From assembly GCA_012295275.1 (NCBI GenBank), contig CM022678.1:17794001-17858000 (forward strand): a stretch of 64,000 nt of DNA, given 5' to 3'. A program made the translations under genes and the position numbers. The notes beneath the pieces were generated by a model. That model was given only the letters and a program-made list of their open reading frames with translations. It was not told where the DNA came from and did not search any database. This DNA comes from Chrysomallon squamiferum. Taxonomy: Eukaryota > Animalia > Mollusca. Below, piece after piece: positions 38,101 to 49,852 of this stretch (its first letter is position 1; every line of letters begins with the position of its first letter).

Positions 38101-41024
38101 ATTCGCTCAAACTGAAATTCTGTCACTACAGCGGAGATAGTGTGACACTGTTAAATGTATATAAAGAGTGGGACAAACAACCGGAGAAGAAGAAAAATGA
38201 CTGGTGTTTTAAAAACGCTGTCAACTCCAAAGCTATTCGGGGTGTTAGAGAAACAGTGAATGAAATCTGTACTCTGATGAGAACCGAAGCTGGTCTTGTT
38301 GTAGAGCGTTCATATGACGAGAATCCTGAAAATATCAAAAAGCTGCAGCTGTTCCTCTTTGAATCGTTCTCTTCCAATGTCTGTCATTTCCTTGGACACG
38401 AAAGGGCGGGGTATTACGCTGCGAAGATCGACCAACTGGTTCACATTCATCCTTCTTCCTCGCTAAATTCTCTCGGCCAAACACCAGAGTGGATAGTTTT
38501 TGAACAAGTTCTGAAAACGTCGAAAGATTTTGTTTCAGGCATTACACCAGTTGACGATGCCGTCATTGCTGAAGCTGTGGAGAATGGAACTCTTCATTAC
38601 GACGTGGCAGAAATGAAAAGCAAGCAGGTGTATCCTGTCCATACGGAGTGTGTTGGATCCAGAGTGTTTTGGACTCTCGTTGGTCCAGCATTCAGTAAAC
38701 TGAGGATTCTGGAACAGAGAGCAAATGAACTTGTTTCTCCCGCAACTGCTATTATAGAAGCTGTCAAGGAGAAAGGGGAGTTGACCATTTTCACAACACA
38801 CGACAGATCTGAGGAACTGAAAGAGTTGTTTAAGCCAGAAGTAGTCAGAGTTCAGTCGGAGCTGAAAGCAGAAGCCTCAGAACACGCTCTGTCTGACGTG
38901 TCTGATCACGTCAAAGTGGTCATCGGAGCCGGTGGAGAAGTGAAAGAAGTTCTGATGCCTGAGGACTACAGAACCGTGTTTATTGAGTATCTAGACGACT
39001 ACCCGAGTGAAGAGACCGTCAGAGAAAAGCTTTCTGAGTTCGGAGTAATTAAAGCTTGTAAGGTTTTCAAAAACTGGAACAGAAATCGCTGGGGTTGTGT
39101 AACTTTCGAGAAGTCAGAAGATGCCAAGACGGCAGTTATTTGCACGGAGGATGACGACTCTCTAAAAGCCGTCGCAGGAAACAAAAGCAAACTCCAAGAT
39201 GCACTGATGTTTAAAGCCAAGTTCACATGGTGTAGGCGCAAATCTAAAGGTTTTGCTTTTGTCGATTTAGAGCCAGGGGCAGAACTTGAACAGCAGACAA
39301 TTATTTCTGACTCGCCAATCTTTTTGAATGGACAAAAAGTTTGTGTTAGCGAAAAAGATGTTGGTTTTGGATTGTATCTTAGACGTCTACCAGAAGATGT
39401 TCACGAAGATGACATATCACGTGTTCTCGAGCAATGCTTTAACCGAAATGATATTCAAAAGATTAATGTTGTGAGAGAAAAGGTAGAAACAACATCGGCC
39501 ATAATTGAGTCATTCAAGACGCGGATAAAAGCAGAAGTTGATAAATACGCTCCTTCAGGGCACGTGTATGTTGACATCATTGAACCGAAGCCACAATCCA
39601 TTAATTTTATTGCTTTTGCTTACTTCCGCCATCCAGAAGAAGGTGTAAAAGCATGCAGACGTTTGAACAGGAACCTTTATCTGAACTCACGAAAAGTGAC
39701 AGTCGTGCAAGATATAACAACAGAACTTACAGTCCACCAAAACGTGTTCAAAGCAGTAAAAGAAGATTTGGGGAAGTCCATTAATGAACTTTCTGAGTTA
39801 GATGATATATCCGCAATCAAAACGAAGGAATTACGAAATGGCAATTTTGTTATTGCCGTTCACTCTTCAAAACCGGAACAGATGGCGAAAGTGAGGTCGG
39901 TTCTTTATGACATTATTCATGGCGATGTACTTGAGTGCAGAAGTTATCCAAATCTGAATCAGATATTCACGAGAAACGGTAAAAAATTCCTTGCAGGACT
40001 GGAAACAAAACTGAATTGTCTTCTCGTTGCCGATAACCGTACGATGACACTCTCGATCAAAGGAAACTCAAGAAACCGTAGAAAAGCACGCAAATCAATC
40101 GATGATTTTATTAAAAAGATTTCGGAAGGAAAACGCAAAGAAATTTTTCTCAAAGGTCCAGACAAACCATGTGGCCTGATGAAAACCCTCACAAGCAAAT
40201 ACGACTTAGATTTAGAAAAATTCAGAGTGGAGTTGGAACTGCTGTCTGTAGAACTGGATTACCGTAGACACAAAGTCGTAGTAAGAGGTCATCCAGAAGC
40301 TGTCAAGAAAGCTGAATCAGCCGTAGAAGAAATTGCTAGCGAGCTGGCAAAACTTCTCTCTGTTCAAATTAAGCCGGCTGAGCGTCCCACTTGTGTTACA
40401 TGCTTCTTGCCGGTGGAAGAGGATCAGCTGTATCGTCTGGAACTCTGTGGTCATCCATACTGCAGAGAGTGTGTTAAATTTCAGCTCCAGGTCTCTTTGA
40501 AGAACAAGGACATTCCTGTAAAGTGCGTGGGCGAAGGATGCGAGACAGCGTTCGTGTGGAAGGATCTTTTCAACTTTATCCACGATGGTACAATTTCAGC
40601 TCGAGATCTAGTAGCAGTGTCCGTATCTTCGTTCGTATCCAGACACCCGAAGGATTTCCGTTACTGCATTACAGCCGACTGCCCAGTCGTTTACAGAGTC
40701 ACGTCTGAGAGTTCGCTGTTCCAGTGTTGCGAGTGTCATACGAGGATTTGCACGTCGTGTCATGTTGAGTACCACGATGGAATTACTTGCGCTATGAACA
40801 AGAACCCGGACGAGGAAGGAGAACGTCTGTTCGAGGAATGGAAGCAGAGGAACAAAACTAAAGTCTGTCCTGGGTGTGACATCACCATTCAGAAACGAAA
40901 AGGATGTAACCACATGTTTTGTGAAAATTGCAGAACGCACTTCTGTTGGGAGTGCCTGGAAATGTTTGATACAGAACAGCTTTGCTATGCACACCTTCAG
41001 AAAAATCACGGTTCATTTGTATAA
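35130..41024 (+). CDS. DEAH-box RNA helicase-RRM-KH-like-RBR (RING1-IBR-RING2) E3 ubiquitin ligase fusion, DEAH11/12-like, 1964 aa, single coding exon
   Basis: Helicase motifs GETGSGKST, TQPRKVAA, DEAH, SAT, TNSAETSITI and QRRGRAGR. HA2 and OB-like region (HIHPSSSL). RRM-like RNP motifs (RTVFIEYL/RWGCVTF, KGFAFVDL). RING1 CVTC..CGHPYCREC..C..C, IBR, and RING2 CPGC..GCNHMFCENCRTHFCWEC with the catalytic Cys. UTR acceptor at 34867. Confidence 0.95.
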   Translation: MAEGLSKPPTAQITDSEINNYEQHAPNRDVPEVEERHTKTRTYYNRNRRQNKETRPKTTEDKNSKSPTEKDLWQKSVKENRESESRATSRPTAKDIHTPKRNSASEANTTRDTIKKPGNCTKSSFQADLCSGKNDDRRYKYRCSSRCLGMSEGESKDAEPDNHIERNSNNANRGPRPRSISEIRPRNQKSAKEKIFVQKARDERKKHDRVEDTVIDKSNKKRNKEEDVNTSQTPQNDHVQKSADKTRKHAKNYDYDTSTSAADPNGKSRNLPNVKEKNRCKSDSEIDRTVNESLSCSSVSKQTNKNKISKQEKKSKTTFLYLRLDQTMPDDFDMRSFLKKRFQSLGAMVGFELMDWVSTAKDNQTVITLKFASRHLSGRAEHLIKLGNRDNDLKIYTTFDESEVKESITTGKNEDIFTSQLGKITSQANEALERHDEKIKKAKKQISGLTSTKHMPVNLFYKMQSERLALEDKVKELSLQRIEFQAFLKDLEKTLRKSWETNTFDREINLIRSLFEVECHRLDSALPMYARRREIVKLVKENQVSIILGETGSGKSTQVTQYLYQVGFGNNGIIVCTQPRKVAAISLATRVASEMKTYVGQIVGFRAGMKSKVSVNTKILYMTDHALLNDCLEDRSFSKYSCVIIDEAHERSIYTDLLLGMLKQSLESRPDLKVIVTSATIDPQVFVRYFNNCPVLKVSGRTFPVDVVWESSSGESDMLDRYQHAAVQKAVEIHKRQAEGDILVFMTTPAETEKCRDCFEEQLKNDRSYKCLVLHGQIQPAEQQQIFQPCPPGQRKIVFATNSAETSITIPGVKYVIDTGLVKEKRYDPKRSMDSLNIYLINRSSAEQRRGRAGRTEPGVCYRLYSEDVYRNMDSSSLPELLKVNLGQALLKLGELGIDPEEYDFVQSPDKAAIADATRTLQDIGAMKNGKITETGRWLSKFPLEPRHGLIIAKGKEQGLLYESIVLSAVSSAGSNIFYRGRSETDKKKSDSLKLKFCHYSGDSVTLLNVYKEWDKQPEKKKNDWCFKNAVNSKAIRGVRETVNEICTLMRTEAGLVVERSYDENPENIKKLQLFLFESFSSNVCHFLGHERAGYYAAKIDQLVHIHPSSSLNSLGQTPEWIVFEQVLKTSKDFVSGITPVDDAVIAEAVENGTLHYDVAEMKSKQVYPVHTECVGSRVFWTLVGPAFSKLRILEQRANELVSPATAIIEAVKEKGELTIFTTHDRSEELKELFKPEVVRVQSELKAEASEHALSDVSDHVKVVIGAGGEVKEVLMPEDYRTVFIEYLDDYPSEETVREKLSEFGVIKACKVFKNWNRNRWGCVTFEKSEDAKTAVICTEDDDSLKAVAGNKSKLQDALMFKAKFTWCRRKSKGFAFVDLEPGAELEQQTIISDSPIFLNGQKVCVSEKDVGFGLYLRRLPEDVHEDDISRVLEQCFNRNDIQKINVVREKVETTSAIIESFKTRIKAEVDKYAPSGHVYVDIIEPKPQSINFIAFAYFRHPEEGVKACRRLNRNLYLNSRKVTVVQDITTELTVHQNVFKAVKEDLGKSINELSELDDISAIKTKELRNGNFVIAVHSSKPEQMAKVRSVLYDIIHGDVLECRSYPNLNQIFTRNGKKFLAGLETKLNCLLVADNRTMTLSIKGNSRNRRKARKSIDDFIKKISEGKRKEIFLKGPDKPCGLMKTLTSKYDLDLEKFRVELELLSVELDYRRHKVVVRGHPEAVKKAESAVEEIASELAKLLSVQIKPAERPTCVTCFLPVEEDQLYRLELCGHPYCRECVKFQLQVSLKNKDIPVKCVGEGCETAFVWKDLFNFIHDGTISARDLVAVSVSSFVSRHPKDFRYCITADCPVVYRVTSESSLFQCCECHTRICTSCHVEYHDGITCAMNKNPDEEGERLFEEWKQRNKTKVCPGCDITIQKRKGCNHMFCENCRTHFCWECLEMFDTEQLCYAHLQKNHGSFV

Positions 41025-41283
41025 TTTCGTATTTTGCTGTTGTTGTTTTTGGTGTTGGTGTTGGTGTTGGTGGTTGTGGTCGTGGTGCTGTTATAAAGCA
41101 GTTGTTCCTGAACCATGTCTATTCTGATTGGCGAAATGAAAGTTACTCTCCTATTTGTTACTGAATTTGTGACTTACTGCAAATGTGTGACACAATTTTT
41201 TATAAATGCAGGAGACATCCTTGTTGTCAAATTTACAACATTATGAAAAAGGTTAACAACTGCTGCTATATAATATTATTTTT

Positions 41284-41316
<33 letters not shown>

Positions 41317-41419
41317 GTGAGTGAAAATCATGCTCTTTTCTTTATATTACGTAAATATATACCATACATATTTTGTTAAACAATATTGTTGTCATATGTG
41401 TTAATACATAATCAATATA

Positions 41420-41690
41420 GCAAGTTAATAAATAATTTATATATAGCTTGTTACTAAAGAATTAACATACAGATAGTTCATAAACATAATTAATATATAG
41501 CTAGTTGACAAATAATTATTATGTAGTTAGTTAATAAATGGTTAATATATAGTTAGTTAATAAATAATTAACATATAGCTAGTTAATAAAAAATAATTAA
41601 TATGTAGCTAGTTCATAAATAATTAACATATAGCTAGTTAATAAAAATAATTAATATATAGCTAGTTAATACATAATTAATATATATTTA
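41420..41690. repeat. AT-rich minisatellite, about 26-29-bp unit (tagctagttaataaataattaacata)
   Basis: About 9 degenerate tandem copies. Confidence 0.75.
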
Positions 41691-42219
41691 GTTGGTGTTT
41701 TATCCCTTAACATGAAAAAAAAATGAATAATAACAGCGTTGAAGTGAAGTATGTGAAAACATTCAAACCTTTTTTTTTTTTTTTATACCTTGAATATTTT
41801 ACCAATTTCATGGTTAAACTTAAATAAGTTATTGTTAAAATGTATTTGTACAGAGATGTAATCAATTAGGTTATTTATAATTATTTCATAACGTTCTTGT
41901 GTGTTACTATTACATGTTGGTATGTCTTCATCGTAAATTTGTTTGCAGACTTTTAAAAAATATATATATTTACTTGACTATTTGCTGATTATTACTATTA
42001 TTATAGTAATTATGTTGTAACTTTTTCCAAGTTTGGAATTAACTCGCAAATGTTTTTGGTGTACCTTGTATTCTTGATAACTTCAGTGTTGTGCTTCACA
42101 TATTTAATATAACAATGTTGCCATGTCTTGTGATTTACTCATTTTATTATTACATTTTACATAGTGATTAGTTATGTTCTTGTGCCATTTTGATAGTAAA
42201 AGTCACTGCTGTATTTTTG

Positions 42220-42960
42220 CTTATTTGATTGTGAAGTTTATAATTTGCTGATTGTACTGTTAATTTTACATTTTTGCTGATTGTACTGTTACATTTTACA
42301 TTTTTGCTGATTTTACTGTGAAACTGTGAAACTGATAAAATGTGATTGCTCTACTTATCTTTTGCTGATTGTATTTGTACTGTTCAAATTAACTGCATTA
42401 TTTTTATTTTCCTTTCAAACAGATAAAAACTGTATTTATCTTTTGCAGATTTTTCTGTGAAATTAATAAAAACCTTATCTTTCGATGATTGTAAATTGAT
42501 AAAATGCTGTTTTACACTTTATAATGTTAGATTTTGCCGATTTCATTGTCAAACTGATAGTTTTTCTATATAAGATTTTTGCTCATTTTACTGTCAAACT
42601 GATAAAATGCTGTTAATGATGGTATTGTTAAAATTTACTACATTACATTTTTGCTGGTTTTACCATCAGATTTATAAAATGCTGATACATCTTACTATAT
42701 TAGATTTTTGCTGGTTTTACCGTCAGATTTATAAATTGTTAAATTTTACTGTATTAGATTCTTGCTGGTTTTGCTATCTGATAACATTCCGGTAAATTTT
42801 TATCAAATGCTATACTCTATTTATCTTTTGTTGATTTTACTGTTCAGACTGAAATGAATGCTGTTACATTTTACTATGTTAAATTTCTGCTGGTTTTACT
42901 GTCAGATTGATAAAATGCTGCTACTCTGTTTATGCTGACTGTACTGTCAAAACAATTTAG
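42220..42960. repeat. Degenerate tandem repeat (ttttgctgattttactgtcaaactgataaaatgctg core)
   Basis: The core motif recurs more than 10 times at irregular spacing. Confidence 0.7.
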
Positions 42961-43547
42961 TAATAAATTTAAACAAATTACTGCCTTTAGGTTTGTGTAT
43001 TTTTTCCCCAGGTTTTTATCTGGTGTTGGCTGAAGCTAGTACAAGGCATGAATAAATAAATATTTGTTTAACAACCATGCAACAGGAAAATTAACACTGC
43101 CTCTTCATATTCTGATATGATAAGATTAGATGCAAATGTTCTTTATAATCCTGTTTCACCATACTGGTACTGAACATTGATCCCACAGCCAATAGCATCT
43201 CAGGCAACAATATAGTCTATTAAATGATACAAGATAAGAAAACTACTGATTACTTAGTTCTAAACAAGTTTTTAGTAAGTGTTTCTCTACTGACACATGC
43301 TGTTACAGCTTTTGATAAACCTTTTCTGCTGGGTATGTGGTTGGAATAGGAAAGGAAAGCAGCAGCTATCTTGTAAGCTGCTTGTCTGGTCTTGCTAAAA
43401 ATAGAAATATAAATTTCTTCTGCCCTTACCTTAATACCCTTAACTTCAGATCTTAAAACACAGAACCGTATCTTGAAAATTATTAAAATCTACAAATAAA
43501 TTGTCAGTATGCAACAAAAACTATTTACAAACATAAGAAAATTTAAA

Positions 43548-43580
<33 letters not shown>

Positions 43581-45688
43581 TAGTAATAAATAAAACTGTA
43601 TCCACTAGAAAACAATAACACAAACAAGAATTCAATATGGCAAATTGTTTTATGTCTACACATTTCATAAAAACTGACCATCAATGGCAACATATAATTT
43701 AATCGTACCACAGAATATAAAAGCAAATAGCGTTGATAGATTATACTAAACTATTTAAACCTCGTTGGTTACTTTAACTTTCTAACTAATCTTTTAGTTA
43801 TTAAAATAAGTTTTTAGTTTCTTACTTAGTTTTTGAGCGCAAGTACGTACCACAGAATAGCACAACAGAATATCCCTGAGTAATCAGTTTAGCTATCTTC
43901 AATCAACACGTTACATAAACAAAAACATTTAAAACAAAATTACCATTGTCTTTTTCTTGTGCCAACTACTTGTGTGGTCATGCTAAAACTGGAAATATCA
44001 GTTTCTTTTATGCCAGTTATCTTTAATACCCTAACTTCAGATCTTAAATAACAGAATCGTATCTTGAAGATTATTAAAATCCAGAAAAAATTGTTAGTAA
44101 AGCAACAAAAACTATTTACAAACATAAGAAAACTTTTAAAATGGAAAAAAAATGAAAAAGAAAAAAAAAATTCAGTGGCTTTAAGTCAAGGCAAATAAAT
44201 TCAGTTATTTAAAAATAATGCCATGAAAAACAAATTTGAAAAACAAAGTACAAATAAAAATAATCAATAAACCACTGAAATCAGATACAATTTTAAAATA
44301 ATTATCATTTTTTTGACATATAGGAAAAAATGTATAAATGTTTGTTAAAATTTAGTGAGAGAAAAATATTTGAATTTTTTCAATAAGGACATCAGAAAAT
44401 ATCCAAAAATGGATAATGTATTTTCTTCTAATTAATAACATGTTCAATCCAAGCCCCACAATTTATAAACATTTAGTTATCCAAAATTATTTTATTTAAA
44501 CAGGTTTTCCACAGAACTCTGTTAAATAAATCTAGTGCTGAGATTCAAGCCAGAATATTTCTTTACAATTTTTACATCATGCTTTCCATTGAAGCTAAAT
44601 GAAATAAAACATTAATTTAAATTTTTAAAAATGCTGATGACAACTAAATCTTAAAATAAAATCATTTCTTGAACATTAAAAAAAAAAAAGAAACAAAATA
44701 AACTGTCAGTAGTCAACAGAAAAAGTTTAAATAAACAAAAGACATTTTTAAAAAATAAAAATAAAAAACTAAAATAAACCAGATTACAAAGAAAAACCAA
44801 AATGAAAAAAATAACAAATTAAAAAAAATTTAAAAAAAAAAAAGCTACTGCAAACTTGAAAAAATGAACATATATCAAAATTTTACAAATCTGTATCAAT
44901 TTTACAGTTTTTTTTTTATTTAAAATAAAAAAAAAAAAAAAAAAAAATAAATGTCCACTTTAAAAAAAGTAAAACCCCCAATTTTAAAATTATTAATAAT
45001 TGTTTTATTAAACTTGTCAAATTTAAGTTTTCCACTCAGGTACAAATAATCCCAAAACATTTTCTTTCTTTTTGTTTTAAACAGAACTTTTGACCACAAA
45101 AAAAAACCACAATTTATTGTAACACAGAAAGAATACACCATTTAAAGATTCAAAAATTTCAATTTTTGTTCAAATTTTTCATTTCATTTTTTTTTCATTA
45201 TTTGGTCTATCAATTCTTCAATTTGGGTAGCAACATCTTTCCATTTGTCAACACAAGAACAAACTGGTAACTGTAAAGTGGAAAAAAAAAAAAAAAGGCA
45301 TTTCTTATTTAACAGTTTGTGTTTCTATGATCATATTTGAACTAATCTGAAAAAATTTATTTATGACATAAAAAAAAATGCATTCACTATCAAATCAAAG
45401 AACACAATTTACAGTTTAATAAAAACACAATTAAACTTTTACCATCCATTCTTGGATGCCACTCCATCAGTATCTTTCTCATCATCCCCTAAAATAAGAT
45501 AAAATAAATAATTTATGTACTGAATGACAATTATAAATTATGAAATTTATTGCAAACAACCATTTATGATTATTATAATATATATGACTTTTAGAAAGAA
45601 AGAAATGTTAAAAAAATGTTTATTTACATATGTGATACAACAATGTGTGAATTTATGTGTGTTTAAAACACTAAGACAGAATACATAC

Positions 45689-48600
45689 TGTACAGGTGGA
45701 AGTTTGAATGCCTTTCAGACTAACTTCATCAATGTGTGATAAATCAATATCCTCCTATAAATAAATAAGAAAACTGATTTCTTTGTTCCAATATATACAT
45801 TTTGAAGACAACTCATAATGTATCATAGATAACACACTAAACATCTATTTACTATAATACAAAATATGTCGATACATCAATGTAAGAACAACTTCTTCAA
45901 CAAACTGAAGACACCATTGAACTGTAAAGCGGAAGTTTGAATGTATGTTAAATACAGATTGTGTATTGCTTTAATATGAACAATAATAATAAAAAAAAAT
46001 AGTAATAATAATAAAATAAAAATAAAAATCAGGTGTACAAATAGAAAATTCAAAAAATCTTGATAATAAACTCATAGAGAAAGTTATTTCAATTTTCTCA
46101 ATATCTAAAAATTGACAGAATAATAGAAAAATAAATAAATAAATAACAGATAATAATAATAAAATAAAACATAAAAATAAAAAATATAACATGTATTTTG
46201 AGTCCCTTAAGTAACATTATTTTTCAAATGTCCTAATTCTCTCATTTAAATTTTCATTAATATTATAATCAACTAAAATTGAACTTTCTTTGTTCCAATG
46301 CATACATTTTTTAATCTGTATAGATAAATATCAAAATTTTCACACAGATTTTTTCATAACTTGTAACAAAAATATTTTAAACCTTTCGACACATAATTAA
46401 ATAATTTGTGTTTTTGTGTTATTATTAGTTATTTTTTAATTAATGACAAATATTCTTCTCAAATATACTGATAGATTATCAAAACAAATATTAATATTCT
46501 AATCTTTTTGTCCTGTTTATTGAGTAACCTTCACCTTTCTGTATCAACCACTCTTCATAATTGAACTTTAATCTTTACTGACCTTTGACTCTGAATTACA
46601 ATGGAGATCGTGAAATTCAGGTTCTACAATTTCCTGAAGATTTCCATCAACATTTTCTGAAAAAAATAAAAAGGTATATCATCAGAATAAACAATCCAAA
46701 TAAATTATTTAAAATGAACCTGTTTAAAGTGACAGATGATAAAAGAGAGAAAGAAAGAAAACCCAGTAAGACAATGAACGAGAAAAAAACACCAAAAAAA
46801 CAAGAAAGGAATAATATTAAATAACGAAAAATAAATATATAAATGACTGAGGTATTGAATGAATAAATGAATGAATGAACAAACATATGAAAATTTGAAT
46901 AATTAAATAAACAAAACTGAACATATTTCTACTTGACCTAACACACCTCATCCTCCCTGGAATTTACCACTGTTTCACCGTAATTACTTATCAATCACAG
47001 TTATAGATTTTTAACTAAATACAATAAGGTATTCATGGAAAAATAATGAAAAAAAAAAAATCTGAAGATGAAAAGAATGATAAAAAAAATATAATAGAAA
47101 TGATCTAATCAGTCTGGTGCATGCATTCTTCTGTATTTTCAGTTGTATTACCTCCCAATTCTTCAGGCAATTCTTTCACATCTTCCAAGGTCTAGCAAAA
47201 ACAAATAAATAAATAAATAATCGTAAAAAAATTAAAATTAAAACTAAAATAAAATAAAATAAAACAAACAAACAAATAAAACAAAACAAATGTAAAATAA
47301 AATTCATTGTAATAATGAGAAAAAGCTATATTAATAGTAACAGCAACATCAACAAAAACAAAATTAATTACTGATGACTGAACTTTTTTTGCTCTAATGC
47401 ATACATTTTTTTAACACAACTCATAATCTGTGTAGATAAATATCAAAATTTTCACACAGCTATTTTCATAACCCATAACAAAAATATTTTAAACCTTTTG
47501 ACACCTAATAATAATGTGTGGTATTTGTGTTATTATTAGTTATGTTTTAATTAAAGAGAAATATTCTTCTTAAATATACCGATAGATTATCAAAACAAAT
47601 ATTAATATTCTAATCTTTTTGTCCTGTTTATTGAGTAACCTTCACCTTTCTGCATCAATCACTCATCATAATTGAACTTTAATCTTTACTGACCTCTGAC
47701 TCTGAGAACAAAGACTTTAGAAACTTCTTAAGTTTTCCATCATCATTTTCTGACAAAAATAAAACGGTATAATCATCAGAATAAACAATTGTTATAGCTG
47801 AACATAAATCCAAATAAATTATTTAAAATGAACCTGTATAAAGTGACAGATGACGAAAGAAAGAAAGAAAGAAACCCAGTAAGACAATGAACGAGGAAAA
47901 ACAACAAAAAAAAACAAGAAAGGAATAATATTAAATAACGAAAAATAAATATATAAATAACTGAGATATTGAATGAATAAATGAATGAATGAACACGTGA
48001 AAATTTGAATAATTAAATAAACAAAACTGAACATATTTCTACTTGACCTAACACACCTCATCCTCCCTGCAATTTACCACCTGTTTCACCGTAATTAATT
48101 ATCAATCACAGTTATAGATCTTTTAACTATATACAACAAGGTATTCATGGAAAAATAATGAAAAAAAAAAACAACTGAAGATGAAAAGAATGATAAAAAA
48201 AAATAATAAAAAGGATCTAATCAGTCTGGTACATGCATTCTTCTGTATTTTCAGTTGTATTACCTCCCAATTCTTCAGGCAATTCTTTCACATCTTTCAA
48301 GATCTAGCAAAAACAAATAAATAAATAAATAATCGTAAAAAATAAATAAATAAAATAAAATAAAATAAAATAAATTAAAATAAAATAAAATAAAATAAAA
48401 CAAACAAACAAATAAAACAAAACAAATGTAAAATAAAATTCATTGTAATAATGAGAAAAAGCTATATTAATAGTAACAGCAACATCAACAAAAACAAAAT
48501 TAATTACTGATGACTTTTTCATTCTGTCATTAAAATGTATATTTTATGTTTTAACAATTTTGAAGGTATTCAATAATAATAATAATAATGATTATTATGC

Positions 48601-49810
48601 TAAATAGTAATGATATTAATAATAACAAAGGAATACAAAATATCAATATTAACCATAATAATGAAAATAACAATAATAAAAATCATAACTATAATCATAG
48701 TATTTCTATTTTTACTTGATGTAATTTTTTCATATTTTGCATATCTTTATCATCAAATTCTTTTCCAGTGAAGATGGTGCAAAACAGCCTGTTAATCGAA
48801 TTGTCGTCCTTGTCCTCGTCTTCATCCTTTGTCTTTTTGTTTGCTTCACCGTAATCTATGACAACTACACGCACATCTGATGTCAGCATTACGTTCCACG
48901 CTAGAAAGTAAATAAATTAAATTAAATTAAACTAACCAACTAACTAACTAAGTACTTATTTATATTGTTATTTTTAAAATTTAATACTGTGTGATTTTAT
49001 TTCAGAACTTTTACTAAGAACTGTTAAAAAGATTAAAAATACAAAAACATCATCTTCTATCTACTGTTCATATTTCTTTTGTGAAACATTTTTTGTTTTT
49101 TAATATTTTCACTGATATGGTTGAAACAATTTCTTCAATCAACTTTATTTTTAAATCTAAAGATAAAATCACATTTACGAAATAGATTATCTGTTTTATA
49201 AAACTGACAGTGCTTTGAAGCTGAAATGCTTATGGATCAAATTGGGGATTAAATTCCATTACTCACTTTTGAGTTAGCACTGAACAATTTCTTTATTTTA
49301 TATACATGTATATATATATATTTTTTTTTTTTACTATAACAATAAGATAACCAACATAATAAAAATAAAACTTAATAACAATACATTGATCTATTTGTAA
49401 AAAGTTTCTTAATCCAGTATTCAAACAATTAAGTTTAGTCAGAGTTTTCAGTGATTTTAATTAGACACATTTTTACAGCCACTCAAGCTATGGACATGGG
49501 TGTTGTATCAATACAAAAATAACAATACCAGCAATAAAATTATTTGCATAACTCAATAACTGTCAAATGCTACTTAATAAGATCCATTTTGGTATTCTAA
49601 GTACTCTGTAAATATCCAAACTTATTAAAATTCTCCAAACCATGTATGTCTCCATGAATCCAGCCCAATCTATGCATCATGTTCACTTGAGACACTAATT
49701 CCTTGACAATGAACAAAGCGAGCAGCTGGCGACATTTTTCATCCAGTTGTTCTTTCTTTATCTTTGTTCTGACGTCATGAACTGTAAGAGCTTCATATAA
49801 AAATAATAAA

Positions 49811-49852
<42 letters not shown>

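Noticed and set aside
45170-45490. Final K1 exons (45488-45443 and about 45270 onward)
   Set aside because: Splice signals are present, but the phases could not be reconciled unambiguously, so they were left out of the model.
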